DNA from: a virus
Taxonomy: Duplodnaviria; Caudoviricetes
Length of the DNA: 39,292 nt
Direction: 5' to 3' (one strand)
IMG/VR virus record: IMGVR_UViG_3300020402_000055
Location: 1-39,292 of that record
The notes below the pieces were generated by a model, which ran no database searches, was not told where the DNA came from, and saw only the letters and a program-made list of their open reading frames with translations. A program made the translations under genes and the position numbers. Positions 8,078 through 17,121 of this stretch are shown piece by piece. How positions within the stretch are numbered: position 1 is the stretch's first letter; each line of letters begins with the position of its first letter.

Positions 8078-8335
8078 TTATTTAGACTCTTTTGAGTCTT
8101 CTTCAGCAACTTCTTCAGCAGCTGGAACTTCACCAGATGGTGCTGGTTCGTCTGCAGGCTTATTCGCCTCAACAAAATTCACCAAATTGGTTCTTAACGC
8201 TCCGACGGTTGATAGTTCTGGACCTTCGAAGGCGCCTCTTTTAGAACATAGGTCAATGATTTGAACCATTGTTGCCATGTCACCAAGAGTAATTCCAGGA
8301 GCATCAGGTGCTGGTGCTTCATTTACATCTGTCAT
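8078..8335 (-). CDS. Acidic hypothetical protein
   Basis: 85 aa; AGGAGA SD; IIDLCSKRGAFEGPEL core; late-promoter variant CATAAATA about 70 nt upstream. Confidence 0.8.
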   Translation of the reverse strand: MTDVNEAPAPDAPGITLGDMATMVQIIDLCSKRGAFEGPELSTVGALRTNLVNFVEANKPADEPAPSGEVPAAEEVAEEDSKESK

Positions 8336-8362
8336 AATATTCTCCTATAGGTTTGACAAATT

Positions 8363-8387
8363 AAGCACTCCATATCTGGCAGTGCTT
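8363..8387 (-). other. Intergenic hairpin after gp45
   Basis: AAGCACT-11 nt-AGTGCTT inverted repeat. Confidence 0.45.
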
Positions 8388-8404
8388 TTCTTTTCATGTT
8401 ATAT

Positions 8405-9079
8405 TTATGCATGAAAGTCTGTTGAATTTTCTAATGCAATAAAATATTCTACTGGATAGTTTGCATTGGTCCAATTCGAAATCTTAGCGCTGGAGAGAGA
8501 AACATAATAATCTCCAGGTAATAGTTTTAAATTTCCAATATTAAAATCAAAGTTAAATCTATTTGGTACTTGGTTTTCTAATGTTAAATCTAAAGTATAA
8601 ACGTTTGCTGTAGCATCTTTTATGTCGTATACTTTAGCATATACTTTATCGTTTGACTCTCTAACAATACTTAAATCACTATGTCCAAGTACTGCAGCTG
8701 CTTGGTTAATTCTTTTTAGTTCTTCTTCGCTTAAACTAATACCAACTTCTGCATCTGGCATAGTAATAGCTTTAGATGGAGTTGTAAGTATTTCTGGATT
8801 AGAATAAAAGTAATCTACTTGTTGTAAGTTGTTTACAATATGCAGATTGTTTTCCATAAATTGTATATCTGGTTCTGGTATCATAGACAGAACAGATAAA
8901 AATTCGTTTAAATCATATATTCCAAATTCTTGTGGGAAGTCTTCTACAATATCTGCTGATGCCATAACTGTTTTAGATTCGGCGATTGTAGTTAGTTTCT
9001 GGCCAGGTTTTGCAACCAGGTTAGGATTAATAGTTGCAAAGTTTTTTAGAACCGCAATAGTTTCGTCTGACAATTTCAT
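8405..9079 (-). CDS. gp45: DNA polymerase sliding clamp
   Basis: MKLSDETIAVLKNFATINPN, FGIYDLNEFLS, LKLLPGDY, YFIALE. Confidence 0.97.
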   Translation of the reverse strand: MKLSDETIAVLKNFATINPNLVAKPGQKLTTIAESKTVMASADIVEDFPQEFGIYDLNEFLSVLSMIPEPDIQFMENNLHIVNNLQQVDYFYSNPEILTTPSKAITMPDAEVGISLSEEELKRINQAAAVLGHSDLSIVRESNDKVYAKVYDIKDATANVYTLDLTLENQVPNRFNFDFNIGNLKLLPGDYYVSLSSAKISNWTNANYPVEYFIALENSTDFHA

Positions 9080-9231
9080 GTGTTATCTCCTTTTGTATAT
9101 TTTACCTGACCTTGTTTGTCAAATTTACCAGGTCCTTTAGGTTTCTTATCCATTGAAATCATAATTGAAGTACCAATTGCAAACAATGCAACAAAGGCAA
9201 AAATTAAGATTGTAAAAAATGTGTTAATCAT
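9076..9231 (-). CDS. 51-aa single-pass membrane protein (MINTFFTILIFAFVALFAIGTSIMISMDKKPKGPGKFDKQGQVKYTKGDNT)
   Basis: Read manually; consensus promoter 8 nt upstream; stop overlaps gp45 start (ATGA). Confidence 0.75.
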   Translation of the reverse strand: MINTFFTILIFAFVALFAIGTSIMISMDKKPKGPGKFDKQGQVKYTKGDNT

Positions 9232-9239
9232 AGCTGTAT

Positions 9240-9273
9240 ATTATACCATAGTTAAAGTTAAAAGTAAATCCCC
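9240..9273 (-). promoter_or_regulatory. T4-early-type sigma70 promoter, leaderless
   Basis: GGGGATTTACT-17 nt ending TGG-TATAAT-8 nt-ATG. Confidence 0.8.
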
Positions 9274-9800
9274 TATTTGTAAAAAATGTGGTTTTCAATT
9301 TGTAATACATATTCTAAGTGCTGAGCCCAATAAGGTAAAACATAGTCTGCGTGATACCAAAGCGCGCCATCAGTTAAGTCAAAAGTAGTATCTTGCATTG
9401 CAATATCAGCAACACGAATAGCTTCTATCCAAGTTAGCGAATCTTTTGGTTCGTCAGATTTCCCATCGCAGTACCAACTAAACTGGCACATTCCTCTTTT
9501 TGGTACCATTTCGCCAGTCCAAGATTTACGATATTCTTTTGTTTGATAAACAACGCCACAAATATCATTTGGAAATTGTAAATCGAATACCCTATTTAAA
9601 GTGACATGTGCAACCGCTAGTTTACCAGCAAAGGGTTGGTTTCCAGCTTCGAAGTAAATGTTTTGCGCTAAGCAATATCTATCTTCCTCATTTACAGATT
9701 GTGAAGCTTCTGATTTAGATGCTATTAAAAATACACCTGCAAATACAGCAAGCGCTAAACTATATGTAAGATAATAAATTTTAATTTTTGTCATGTTCAT
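9273..9800 (-). CDS. SleB/CwlJ-family cell wall hydrolase (Hydrolase_2)
   Basis: CLAQNIYFEA, AVAHVTLNRV, FPNDICGVVYQ, CQFSWYCDG, HIFY; N-terminal signal/TM segment. Confidence 0.93.
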   Translation of the reverse strand: MNMTKIKIYYLTYSLALAVFAGVFLIASKSEASQSVNEEDRYCLAQNIYFEAGNQPFAGKLAVAHVTLNRVFDLQFPNDICGVVYQTKEYRKSWTGEMVPKRGMCQFSWYCDGKSDEPKDSLTWIEAIRVADIAMQDTTFDLTDGALWYHADYVLPYWAQHLEYVLQIENHIFYK

Positions 9801-10056
9801 GTAATGCGATTATTGCGTAGTGTAATACTTTCTGCAAGTCTTTACGGTGGTCTGCGGTAGTTCCTTTTTTACCGTATCTCTGTGCGTACTTTAAAATGTT
9901 TCCAATTGCAAATCCAATACCGTGACCGCAGTCAGATATAAATTCTGTAGATTGGAATTTGTTTTTGGAATAGTGACCAGTATAAGTTTGGTCTATATAC
10001 GATTGAAGCTCTTTGATAAGAGCTCCTTCGCTAAATTTGTAATTAATCTTCTTCAT
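9781..10056 (-). CDS. DUF3310-family protein (T7 gp1.7-like nucleotide kinase domain)
   Basis: HYS, GFAIGNILKYAQRYGKK, DLQKVLHY. Confidence 0.8.
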   Translation of the reverse strand: MKKINYKFSEGALIKELQSYIDQTYTGHYSKNKFQSTEFISDCGHGIGFAIGNILKYAQRYGKKGTTADHRKDLQKVLHYAIIALHEHDKN

Positions 10057-11215
10057 AAATGTCTACTTCCATTTCTCCCTGATTGTCCGAAGTGTCTTCC
10101 CCGTCGACAATAACGCCGGAGTCGACCTTCGTGTATAAGTCTAAGAAAGCTTCTTTTGTATCTTCATCGAATCTAGAGATACAAAGGTCGATAGCTTTCA
10201 TTCTATCGGTAAAGATAGAAAATGTTTGAACAATGTGACATAATCTTCTAGTAGAAATAACTTCATCAACACCATCGTCGAAGAATGTTTTTCTAATTAT
10301 ATCACCCCAAGTGACCAATCTGTCTACAAATTCATCATCTTGAATATCGAATTTATCCATGTGCTTTTTAAGGATTTTCTTTTCGATAGTAGCAGATGGG
10401 AATTTCTGGTCGACTGAGATTGTAAATCTTTCTAAGAAAGCTTCGTCGATTATAGAAGCTGCGGTAAATCTTCCATCTTCGGAACCTTTACCTTTTGTGT
10501 TAGCAGTAGCGATAACATTAAAACCTTTTGCAGGTTCTATTGTTTCACCAGTTTTCTTAACAAGAACTGGTTTGCCCTCGAGCACACCTTGTAAACACAT
10601 AATCTTGTTTGTAGCCCTATCGATTTCGTCGAGTAAAAGTATTGCGCCATTTTCCATAGCTTTTAATACTGGACCTTTACAGAAAACGGTTTCGCCGTTA
10701 ATAAGTCTAAATCCACCGAGCAAATCATCTTCGTCGGTTTCAGGGTTAATTTGGACCCTAATAAATTCTCTGCCAGCTTTTGCACAAGCTTGCTCGACCA
10801 TAAATGTTTTACCATTTCCAGATAGACCGGAAATGTAAGTAGGATAAAACATTTCTGATTTAATGATTTTCATAATGTCTGTGTAAGAACCCCAAGCAAC
10901 GAATGTTGGATCGACTTTAGCAAAAGTTCTTTCTTCGTTTCCAACTGAGGTGACAGAAGAAGCCATTTGAACTGCAGTTGCTGGAATAGGATCCGCGACT
11001 GGTGCAATTTCTGGTAATAATCCAGCTAAAGAATAAGTACCGATTTTAACACGGTTAGCTGGGGTAAGTAAAGGATAATAATCCTTTTGGGTATAGCCAA
11101 AGGACTTAGCAACATCTTCGATGATTGCTCTACGGAAATCCGTTTGACCAGGAAATTTCTTAGCTATTTCATCTAAGATAATTTTGGTTGATTGTTTCAT
11201 TTCACTTATTTGCAT
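10043..11215 (-). CDS. cobS: MoxR-type AAA+ ATPase (phage CobS-like)
   Basis: GLSGNGKT, LLLDEID, VIATANTKGKG, AFLERF, ISTRRL. Confidence 0.92.
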   Translation of the reverse strand: MQISEMKQSTKIILDEIAKKFPGQTDFRRAIIEDVAKSFGYTQKDYYPLLTPANRVKIGTYSLAGLLPEIAPVADPIPATAVQMASSVTSVGNEERTFAKVDPTFVAWGSYTDIMKIIKSEMFYPTYISGLSGNGKTFMVEQACAKAGREFIRVQINPETDEDDLLGGFRLINGETVFCKGPVLKAMENGAILLLDEIDRATNKIMCLQGVLEGKPVLVKKTGETIEPAKGFNVIATANTKGKGSEDGRFTAASIIDEAFLERFTISVDQKFPSATIEKKILKKHMDKFDIQDDEFVDRLVTWGDIIRKTFFDDGVDEVISTRRLCHIVQTFSIFTDRMKAIDLCISRFDEDTKEAFLDLYTKVDSGVIVDGEDTSDNQGEMEVDIYEED

Positions 11216-11252
11216 AATATATTAACTCCTTAATTTTTAAATATATACGGCT

Positions 11253-11286
11253 ATTATACCGTAATTCAGAGAGGATGTAAACCCCC
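11253..11286 (-). promoter_or_regulatory. T4-early-type sigma70 promoter for the AAA gene
   Basis: GGGGGTTTACA-17 nt-TATAAT; leader with AAGGAG SD. Confidence 0.85.
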
Positions 11287-11290
11287 TTTT

Positions 11291-11310
11291 CGTGAACTTT
11301 TCGTGAACTT
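11291..11310. promoter_or_regulatory. Tandem operator-like motif copy 1 (GAAC-N7-GAAC on +)
   Basis: CGTGAACTTTTCGTGAACTT; 11-bp period; exact reverse complement of 13610-13629. Confidence 0.7.
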
Positions 11311-13534
11311 ATGCCACCTCCTTACCGAATGATGTCATAAGAACTTTAGAAAGTTTCTTATCTTTAGCGTAAGATTTAAATGCTGTTCTAAGTTGAGCAT
11401 CACTCTCTGCGCCAGTAGTAACGAAATCTTTGTCTTCTGCTTTTAAGGTTTTACCACCTTTGAGTAAGTAGTATTTGTCGTATCCTAAGCAGTTGTCTAC
11501 TTGAACACATTTGTTTTTTCTGTATTCTTTAGCAGCTTGTTTTTTAAATTCTCTATCTGCATCGTAGTCATAACCATTTACATCGTTATTGATAACGTAT
11601 AATCTATCTCTCCAATGTCTAGCTTGGTCAGCCATGAAGAAACCAATGGTTTTAGTATTGTATCTTTTAGCAATGTTTTGAAGTAATTTTTTTGTTGCTT
11701 TTTGTCTACCACCAATGTTAACCATTTTACCATCGATAATCATTTTAAATTTATTCCATTTAGTCTCGAACTTTTGGTCTTCTAATTTGTAATCTTGGAC
11801 CGCTGACATTCCATTAGCATCGCCATCTGTAAAAGTAACTAAATTCATTTTTTGAACATTGTGTTTCTTTTTAAAGTTTTTGACCAAAGTATGTGCAACG
11901 ACTAACGCTTGGTTAAGTGGAGTTGAACCCCAATCTTCGTAAGTAGATAAGTTGTGAGCCCAGTAAGAAGTAGTTTTCTTTCTAATGTACATGTGCTGAA
12001 GCGAATCTTCGAAATCTGTTTTCTTAAGCGAAGAAGAACAAATTAATGGCATGCTTAATCCATCCATATTTAAGTGACCATCAGTGTATGTAAAAGCGTT
12101 TTTGGAACGTCCTGTTTTTCTATCCCAGGAACTTCTAAATCCTGGATTAGTACTAGTAAATCCATAAACATCAAATGGTATATTAACTTGTTTGCAGAAT
12201 AATACTAAGTGGATTAGTTGGTCCATAACATGTGACATTGAATTAGACATTGAACCTGAAAAGTCTACGATTAAAATCATACCGTGGTTTTTAGCATCTG
12301 CTAAAGTTGTCATTTGAGCAAAGATGTCTTCGCTGGTTTTGTAAGACCAAAGTTTGTTAACATCGATACGACCGGTTTTTGCTGTCTGTGCCCTTGTCCA
12401 TTGGTAAGCTGATTTCTTTTGTTCGAATTCTTTAACAGCAAAGTTAACAGATTTTTTAACTTTCTTAATATATTGTTTATAGCTAACCATATCGAAGTCT
12501 GAAGATTTAGGTCTATCTTCTTTTAATTTAGAATAAGGAATAACTGCTATATCGATAGCTTTTTTATTAATATCTTGAATAAGAGTAGCTTGTTCGCCAT
12601 CTTCATCCATGTCTAATAATTGACTTTCGTTTCTTCTAAGAGCTTCATCTGTTCTGGAAACATCTTCTTCTGAATATTCAGGATTAGCAGATATAGAACC
12701 TTCACCTTCTTCTGAACCTTCTTCTTCACCTTCTCCATCTTCTTCCCCAGAAGCAGAAGCTTCTTCACCTTCTCCATCTTCGCCTTCTTCTCCAGAAGCA
12801 GAACCTTCTTCGCCTTCTTCTCCATCTTCACCTTCTTGGCCAGGAGTAGAAGATTGTTCTTCTTCGTATTTTTCTTGTTGTGGCATTTCAGTATCATCGT
12901 GACCACTGCTAGTAGGGTCGTCCGAATCTTGCGGAGTAGAACCGTTATCTTGTTCTTGTTCTACTGGTTCTAATAATTCTGGTTGATTTTCTTTTGTGTA
13001 TTTTAAAATGTCCTTAGCTAATTCTACAACTTCGTCGAATGTTTGGGTCTTCATCATTCTATCTAAGAATACTTCTTCTTCTGCATTTAGTGGAACTTCT
13101 TGTAAGTGGGCTAATTTTGCTTTTATATTTAATTTGTCGATAAGTTTAACTTCGTCCCAATTTAGACTATCTAAATCACCAAAGAATTTTCTATCGTATA
13201 AAACCCTATAACCACGTGCCATAGGACCAACTAGTCCTGGATATATATCTTTAATAAATCTTTCGATACGTGCGTCTTCTACAACGTTTAGGTATGACCT
13301 TGGAGCACCTTCTAATTTTTCTGGGCTATCGTGCCATCCTTCAAAAGGTGTATGTAAAGCGTGTGATACTTCGTGACCAACTAAAAGATCGTATACATCT
13401 TTACCCATATCTTTCCACATAGGTAAACCAAGTACACGATTTTTAACATCGAACCACGCAGTTTTATAATTACCATGTTGAATAGTAATATTTTCTTTAG
13501 CGAGTAGCTTTGGTAAAACTGAACTTTGTAACAT
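11309..13534 (-). CDS. vWA-domain protein with N-terminal HExxH metallopeptidase-like domain (CobT-like partner of the MoxR ATPase)
   Basis: HEVSH, NVVEDARIE, acidic linker, MIDAS DFSGSM, GSTPL, FTDGD. Confidence 0.88.
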   Translation of the reverse strand: MLQSSVLPKLLAKENITIQHGNYKTAWFDVKNRVLGLPMWKDMGKDVYDLLVGHEVSHALHTPFEGWHDSPEKLEGAPRSYLNVVEDARIERFIKDIYPGLVGPMARGYRVLYDRKFFGDLDSLNWDEVKLIDKLNIKAKLAHLQEVPLNAEEEVFLDRMMKTQTFDEVVELAKDILKYTKENQPELLEPVEQEQDNGSTPQDSDDPTSSGHDDTEMPQQEKYEEEQSSTPGQEGEDGEEGEEGSASGEEGEDGEGEEASASGEEDGEGEEEGSEEGEGSISANPEYSEEDVSRTDEALRRNESQLLDMDEDGEQATLIQDINKKAIDIAVIPYSKLKEDRPKSSDFDMVSYKQYIKKVKKSVNFAVKEFEQKKSAYQWTRAQTAKTGRIDVNKLWSYKTSEDIFAQMTTLADAKNHGMILIVDFSGSMSNSMSHVMDQLIHLVLFCKQVNIPFDVYGFTSTNPGFRSSWDRKTGRSKNAFTYTDGHLNMDGLSMPLICSSSLKKTDFEDSLQHMYIRKKTTSYWAHNLSTYEDWGSTPLNQALVVAHTLVKNFKKKHNVQKMNLVTFTDGDANGMSAVQDYKLEDQKFETKWNKFKMIIDGKMVNIGGRQKATKKLLQNIAKRYNTKTIGFFMADQARHWRDRLYVINNDVNGYDYDADREFKKQAAKEYRKNKCVQVDNCLGYDKYYLLKGGKTLKAEDKDFVTTGAESDAQLRTAFKSYAKDKKLSKVLMTSFGKEVA
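12696..12842 (-). repeat. Imperfect coding tandem repeat, Gly/Glu-rich linker
   Basis: About three copies of GEEGEDGE(E)GEE(G/A)SAS-like units. Confidence 0.75.
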
Positions 13535-13567
13535 TAAAACTCCTTACTTTTTTAATTTAATATGTAT

Positions 13568-13601
13568 ATTCTACCACGAAACAAGATGAATGTAAACCCC
13601 C
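13568..13601 (-). promoter_or_regulatory. T4-early-type sigma70 promoter for the vWA gene
   Basis: GGGGGTTTACA-17 nt ending GTGG-TAGAAT; leader with AAGGAG SD. Confidence 0.8.
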
Positions 13602-13609
13602 TAAATCAA

Positions 13610-13629
13610 AAGTTCACGAAAAGTTCACG
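13610..13629. promoter_or_regulatory. Tandem operator-like motif copy 2 (GTTC-N7-GTTC on +)
   Basis: AAGTTCACGAAAAGTTCACG. Confidence 0.7.
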
Positions 13630-13632
13630 TAA

Positions 13633-15348
13633 TTATCTTATTTTAGAGAAGTTTTTAGACTTAAAAAACTCTATTTTGGACCTAAATTTGTTTTCTAGTA
13701 CATCGCCTTTATGCGATATAATAAATGTATTCGAATCCGAATCCAATGTATCTAGTATCTTAGTTAAACTATCTACACCATCATGGTCCAGAGAACTATC
13801 AAATGTCTCGTCGAGTATTAAGAGATTTGTTGCTGCACTGTTTTTTAGTTTAGCAATTTGTCTCCAAGTAAAGAGGAGACTTAAATCTATCCTTTGTTTC
13901 TCTCCTTCAGAAAACGATGCATAATTAAAACTATCTCTATGTCTGGAACGAATAGTTTCATTAAAGTTTTCATCTAAATGGAAAGCAACAAAGAAATCTA
14001 ATATTTGTAGATACTGATTAATTAACCTATTCATAACAGGTAAGTATTGCTTAATTACTTTTGTTTTAATTCCTGTATCTTTTAACATTTCTCCAATCAC
14101 TTCATTATATGTTCTTTCTTCTACGTATTCTAATTTCTTTTCTGTAAAAGCTTCTTTTGATTTACGAGATTCTTTTAGTTCTTTCTTTGCAGTACCAGTA
14201 TCTCCAGTTTGACTATTTAACTGATTTATTTCTTTTTGTATTTTATCAATCTCTTTTTGTACAACAGATATTCTTTCATTGTTAGAATTAATCCTTTGTT
14301 GTTTTTGTTTTAACTGATTTGTTTTATCAGCAATATCCTGCATTTCTTTTTTCAGATTAGCTAATTCTTTTTCAACGCCAGCTTTTTCTTGTTGTATACC
14401 TTTTGCATCGTTCTGGATAATTTGTATTTTCTTTTCTTTTAGTTCTGGTCCTACATCTTGGTCACAAGTTGGACAATGGTCATTCTCTTCATAGAACCGT
14501 GCTTGTTCCACAAGATCTTTTATCTTTTGATTATAATTTAAATCCAAACTATTTAACTGTGAAGATTGTTGTAAGTTGTCTTTATGTCTTTTCTCTTCTT
14601 CTTTTAATAGCGTTTCTAATCCTTTACCAAGTTCTTTTGATTCTTCAAATGTTTCTTTTATTGTAGCTTTATGTACTTTAATCGAATCTCTTTTCTTTTC
14701 TATCTGGTCTTGGTTAAGACTTTCTAAATCTTTTATGTATTTAGATTGGCCAGTTATTTTAGTTTTAAGTAATTCTATTTGATGGTTAATATCTATTAGT
14801 TCTTCCTTTATTTTTGAATTACGTTCTTTTAATAACGTATTCATTTTAGAAAAGATATTAATATCCAAAAGGTCTTCTATTACACTTCTTCGGGACCAAG
14901 CAGGTAATTGCATAAATGGAATAAAAGAACTAGAACCTAATACAACCACTTGGTGAAATGATTTGTGATTTAGTTTTAATATATTTTGTTCTAAGAATTT
15001 TTGGTAATCTCTTGCATTAGATGCTTGGTTAATTAAATTACCATTTTGCCAGATTTCAAACTTTGCTGGTTTAATTCCACGTACAATCTTAAACTCTTGT
15101 CCACCAATATCAAACTCAACCGTGACTTCAGTTTTCTTTTGGTTAATAGAATTAATTAATTGATTTTTGTTTATATCTCTGTGCGGTTTATTAAAGAGTG
15201 CAAAAGACATTGCATCTAATAATGTAGATTTACCAGCACCATTTTGTCCCACAATTAAAGTTGTAGGTGATTTATCCAATAAAATTTTTATAGGATCGTT
15301 TCCAGTGGATAGAAAATTCTTCCACTCACATGATTTAAAATGTATCAT
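13633..15348 (-). CDS. gp46: Recombination endonuclease ATPase subunit (Rad50/SbcC-like)
   Basis: WKNFLSTGN, GQNGAGKST, CPTC zinc hook, FSEGEK, LILDETFDSSLD, IISH. Confidence 0.97.
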   Translation of the reverse strand: MIHFKSCEWKNFLSTGNDPIKILLDKSPTTLIVGQNGAGKSTLLDAMSFALFNKPHRDINKNQLINSINQKKTEVTVEFDIGGQEFKIVRGIKPAKFEIWQNGNLINQASNARDYQKFLEQNILKLNHKSFHQVVVLGSSSFIPFMQLPAWSRRSVIEDLLDINIFSKMNTLLKERNSKIKEELIDINHQIELLKTKITGQSKYIKDLESLNQDQIEKKRDSIKVHKATIKETFEESKELGKGLETLLKEEEKRHKDNLQQSSQLNSLDLNYNQKIKDLVEQARFYEENDHCPTCDQDVGPELKEKKIQIIQNDAKGIQQEKAGVEKELANLKKEMQDIADKTNQLKQKQQRINSNNERISVVQKEIDKIQKEINQLNSQTGDTGTAKKELKESRKSKEAFTEKKLEYVEERTYNEVIGEMLKDTGIKTKVIKQYLPVMNRLINQYLQILDFFVAFHLDENFNETIRSRHRDSFNYASFSEGEKQRIDLSLLFTWRQIAKLKNSAATNLLILDETFDSSLDHDGVDSLTKILDTLDSDSNTFIISHKGDVLENKFRSKIEFFKSKNFSKIR

Positions 15349-16406
15349 AATATCTCTAGGTTTTGTGCTTCAGTATATAACTTACGCAATTCGACTTTGA
15401 TATGGTCTTTATCCAAGTCGGTTTCTACTGCATCGACATAAGAGTCTAAAAGATGGGTAGTATCTTCTAGGGATATTTTCTCGTCTTCTACGCTTTCTCC
15501 CAGATACTCTTCGAAAGATTCTGCAATCTTTAGCTCGTATGTTTCAATGCTATTTAATTTATCAACAAACTTATCAAACATGTATAAGTCATTTTTATTT
15601 ATAACGATTAATTTTAGAAAATGTTTTTCATATTGACTAACATCTACATCATTGTAATCTATTTTATTGTCATCATATACAATCTTTTTAAACATAGTAA
15701 TCGGATTTCTTACCGCTTCTATTTCTCTTGTTTCAGTATCAAGTATATGAAAATATTTTGGGTCATCTACATCTGCCCAGGTAAATTCCATTTGACTACC
15801 TAAATAGTGTACGTTATCTTTATGACTTTTAGTATGGAAATGCCCAGATAAAACTTGTTCGAATCTAGAGAATACATCAGCACTCATTCCGTGTGGGTTT
15901 GGCATTCCCGCCATCATGTCGAAACCTTTTAATTCTAAATGTGCACCAAGTATAGGAGCTTTACATTGCATAGCCCACTTAGTATATTTTTCGTAATTAG
16001 AATTGTTTATCCACGGTATAACAGCAACACCAAGTCCATCATAATCTAGAACAGTTGGTTCCATAATGATATTAACATTTGATGTAAAATATCCGAGAAG
16101 TTCTTTGAGAGAACAGAGCTCGTTAGTGTTCTTGAAATAGACATCATGGTTGCCGGGAATAATGTCCATAGTAATGCCAGCATCGCGCATAGGTTCAAGG
16201 AAATGCTTACGGTTAGCATTGAGCGCTTTGAAATTGACAAATTTCCTATGTTCGTAATAATCTCCGAGATGGAGAATGTTCTTGATACCATGTTTATGTA
16301 AATAAGGAAAAAATACTTCTTCATAAAATCGTTCCTGGTATTGTAAAAAGATGTCAGATGAATTTCGGACACCACAATGCGTATCGTTTAATATAGCTAC
16401 CTTCAT
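15345..16406 (-). CDS. gp47: Recombination endonuclease nuclease subunit (Mre11/SbcD-like)
   Basis: DTHCG, HLGD, GNHD, SGHFH phosphoesterase motifs. Confidence 0.97.
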   Translation of the reverse strand: MKVAILNDTHCGVRNSSDIFLQYQERFYEEVFFPYLHKHGIKNILHLGDYYEHRKFVNFKALNANRKHFLEPMRDAGITMDIIPGNHDVYFKNTNELCSLKELLGYFTSNVNIIMEPTVLDYDGLGVAVIPWINNSNYEKYTKWAMQCKAPILGAHLELKGFDMMAGMPNPHGMSADVFSRFEQVLSGHFHTKSHKDNVHYLGSQMEFTWADVDDPKYFHILDTETREIEAVRNPITMFKKIVYDDNKIDYNDVDVSQYEKHFLKLIVINKNDLYMFDKFVDKLNSIETYELKIAESFEEYLGESVEDEKISLEDTTHLLDSYVDAVETDLDKDHIKVELRKLYTEAQNLEIL

Positions 16407-16407
16407 A

Positions 16408-16974
16408 CTACCTCATGAAAAGTTCTAGCTTTTCTCTTTCTTTTTCTTCTTTAGCAAATTCTTTAATTGCTTCGTCTTTCTTTCTAACAGTACTTATTCT
16501 CTGTCTAAGTGTATCAACATAACTCATAGTTTGTTCGGCACCTTCTGCATCCATTCCCATTTCAACAAAATCGTCAATGCCCATTTTTTCAATAAACTTA
16601 AATTTAATTTCTTGTTGCTTTTTCTCTTTCGTAATTCTACGGATAAAAGCATAGAAACAAATTTGTGTAAAATAACTAAATGCGTTAGGATTACCTGTAC
16701 GCGTCGCAGTATCGATATTATAATTATAGATTGCGCGTAGACAATTTTCTACCGCGTCCATAACCATTTCTTCTCGATAAGTATATCTTACGAAGTTTGG
16801 TCTGTGTGATAAACCTTCTGCTATCTTTATAAAGCATCGTGCAATATAGTCTGTGACTTTCGGTATATCTTTGTCTTTGGACCGTGCTTTGTCGCATTCT
16901 TTAACGTATTCTACAACTGCTAATGAAAACTCTTTATTGTTTATATAATGAGCTTTGTTCTTTTTATTTGCCAT
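16408..16974 (-). CDS. gp55: Late transcription sigma factor
   Basis: HYINNKEF, IAEGLSHRPNF..Y, NAFSYFTQI..AFIRRI.KEKKQ. Confidence 0.96.
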   Translation of the reverse strand: MANKKNKAHYINNKEFSLAVVEYVKECDKARSKDKDIPKVTDYIARCFIKIAEGLSHRPNFVRYTYREEMVMDAVENCLRAIYNYNIDTATRTGNPNAFSYFTQICFYAFIRRITKEKKQQEIKFKFIEKMGIDDFVEMGMDAEGAEQTMSYVDTLRQRISTVRKKDEAIKEFAKEEKEREKLELFMR

Positions 16975-17008
16975 AAAATTATATCTCCATTTTTTAATAG
17001 AAGGTTAT

Positions 17009-17042
17009 ATTATACCATAGTTTTAAGAAAAAGTAAATCCCC
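17009..17042 (-). promoter_or_regulatory. T4-early-type sigma70 promoter for gp55-47-46
   Basis: GGGGATTTACT-17 nt ending TGG-TATAAT. Confidence 0.8.
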
Positions 17043-17059
17043 TAATTTTTTTTCGCCTA

Positions 17060-17093
17060 GGGGGTTTACAAATCTTAATTTATATGATATAAT
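17060..17093 (+). promoter_or_regulatory. Antisense-oriented consensus promoter with no downstream ORF
   Basis: GGGGGTTTACA-17 nt ending TGA-TATAAT on the + strand. Confidence 0.7.
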
Positions 17094-17121
17094 AATAGAG
17101 CATTCCCGGGGGATAGAGGTA

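Noticed and set aside
8353-8381. + strand TTGACA as a second antisense promoter
   Set aside because: No -10 hexamer at 16-18 bp spacing
10043-13534. Cobalamin biosynthesis (cobaltochelatase CobST) as an auxiliary metabolic function
   Set aside because: No cobN or other cob genes in the window; the MoxR-AAA/vWA pair is common in T4-like phages and more plausibly a chaperone module, so cobS is a family label only
11291-13629. 20-bp inverted repeats as transposon ends or an invertible segment around the vWA gene
   Set aside because: No transposase or recombinase in the window and no target-site duplication seen; both copies sit next to promoters, which fits an operator better
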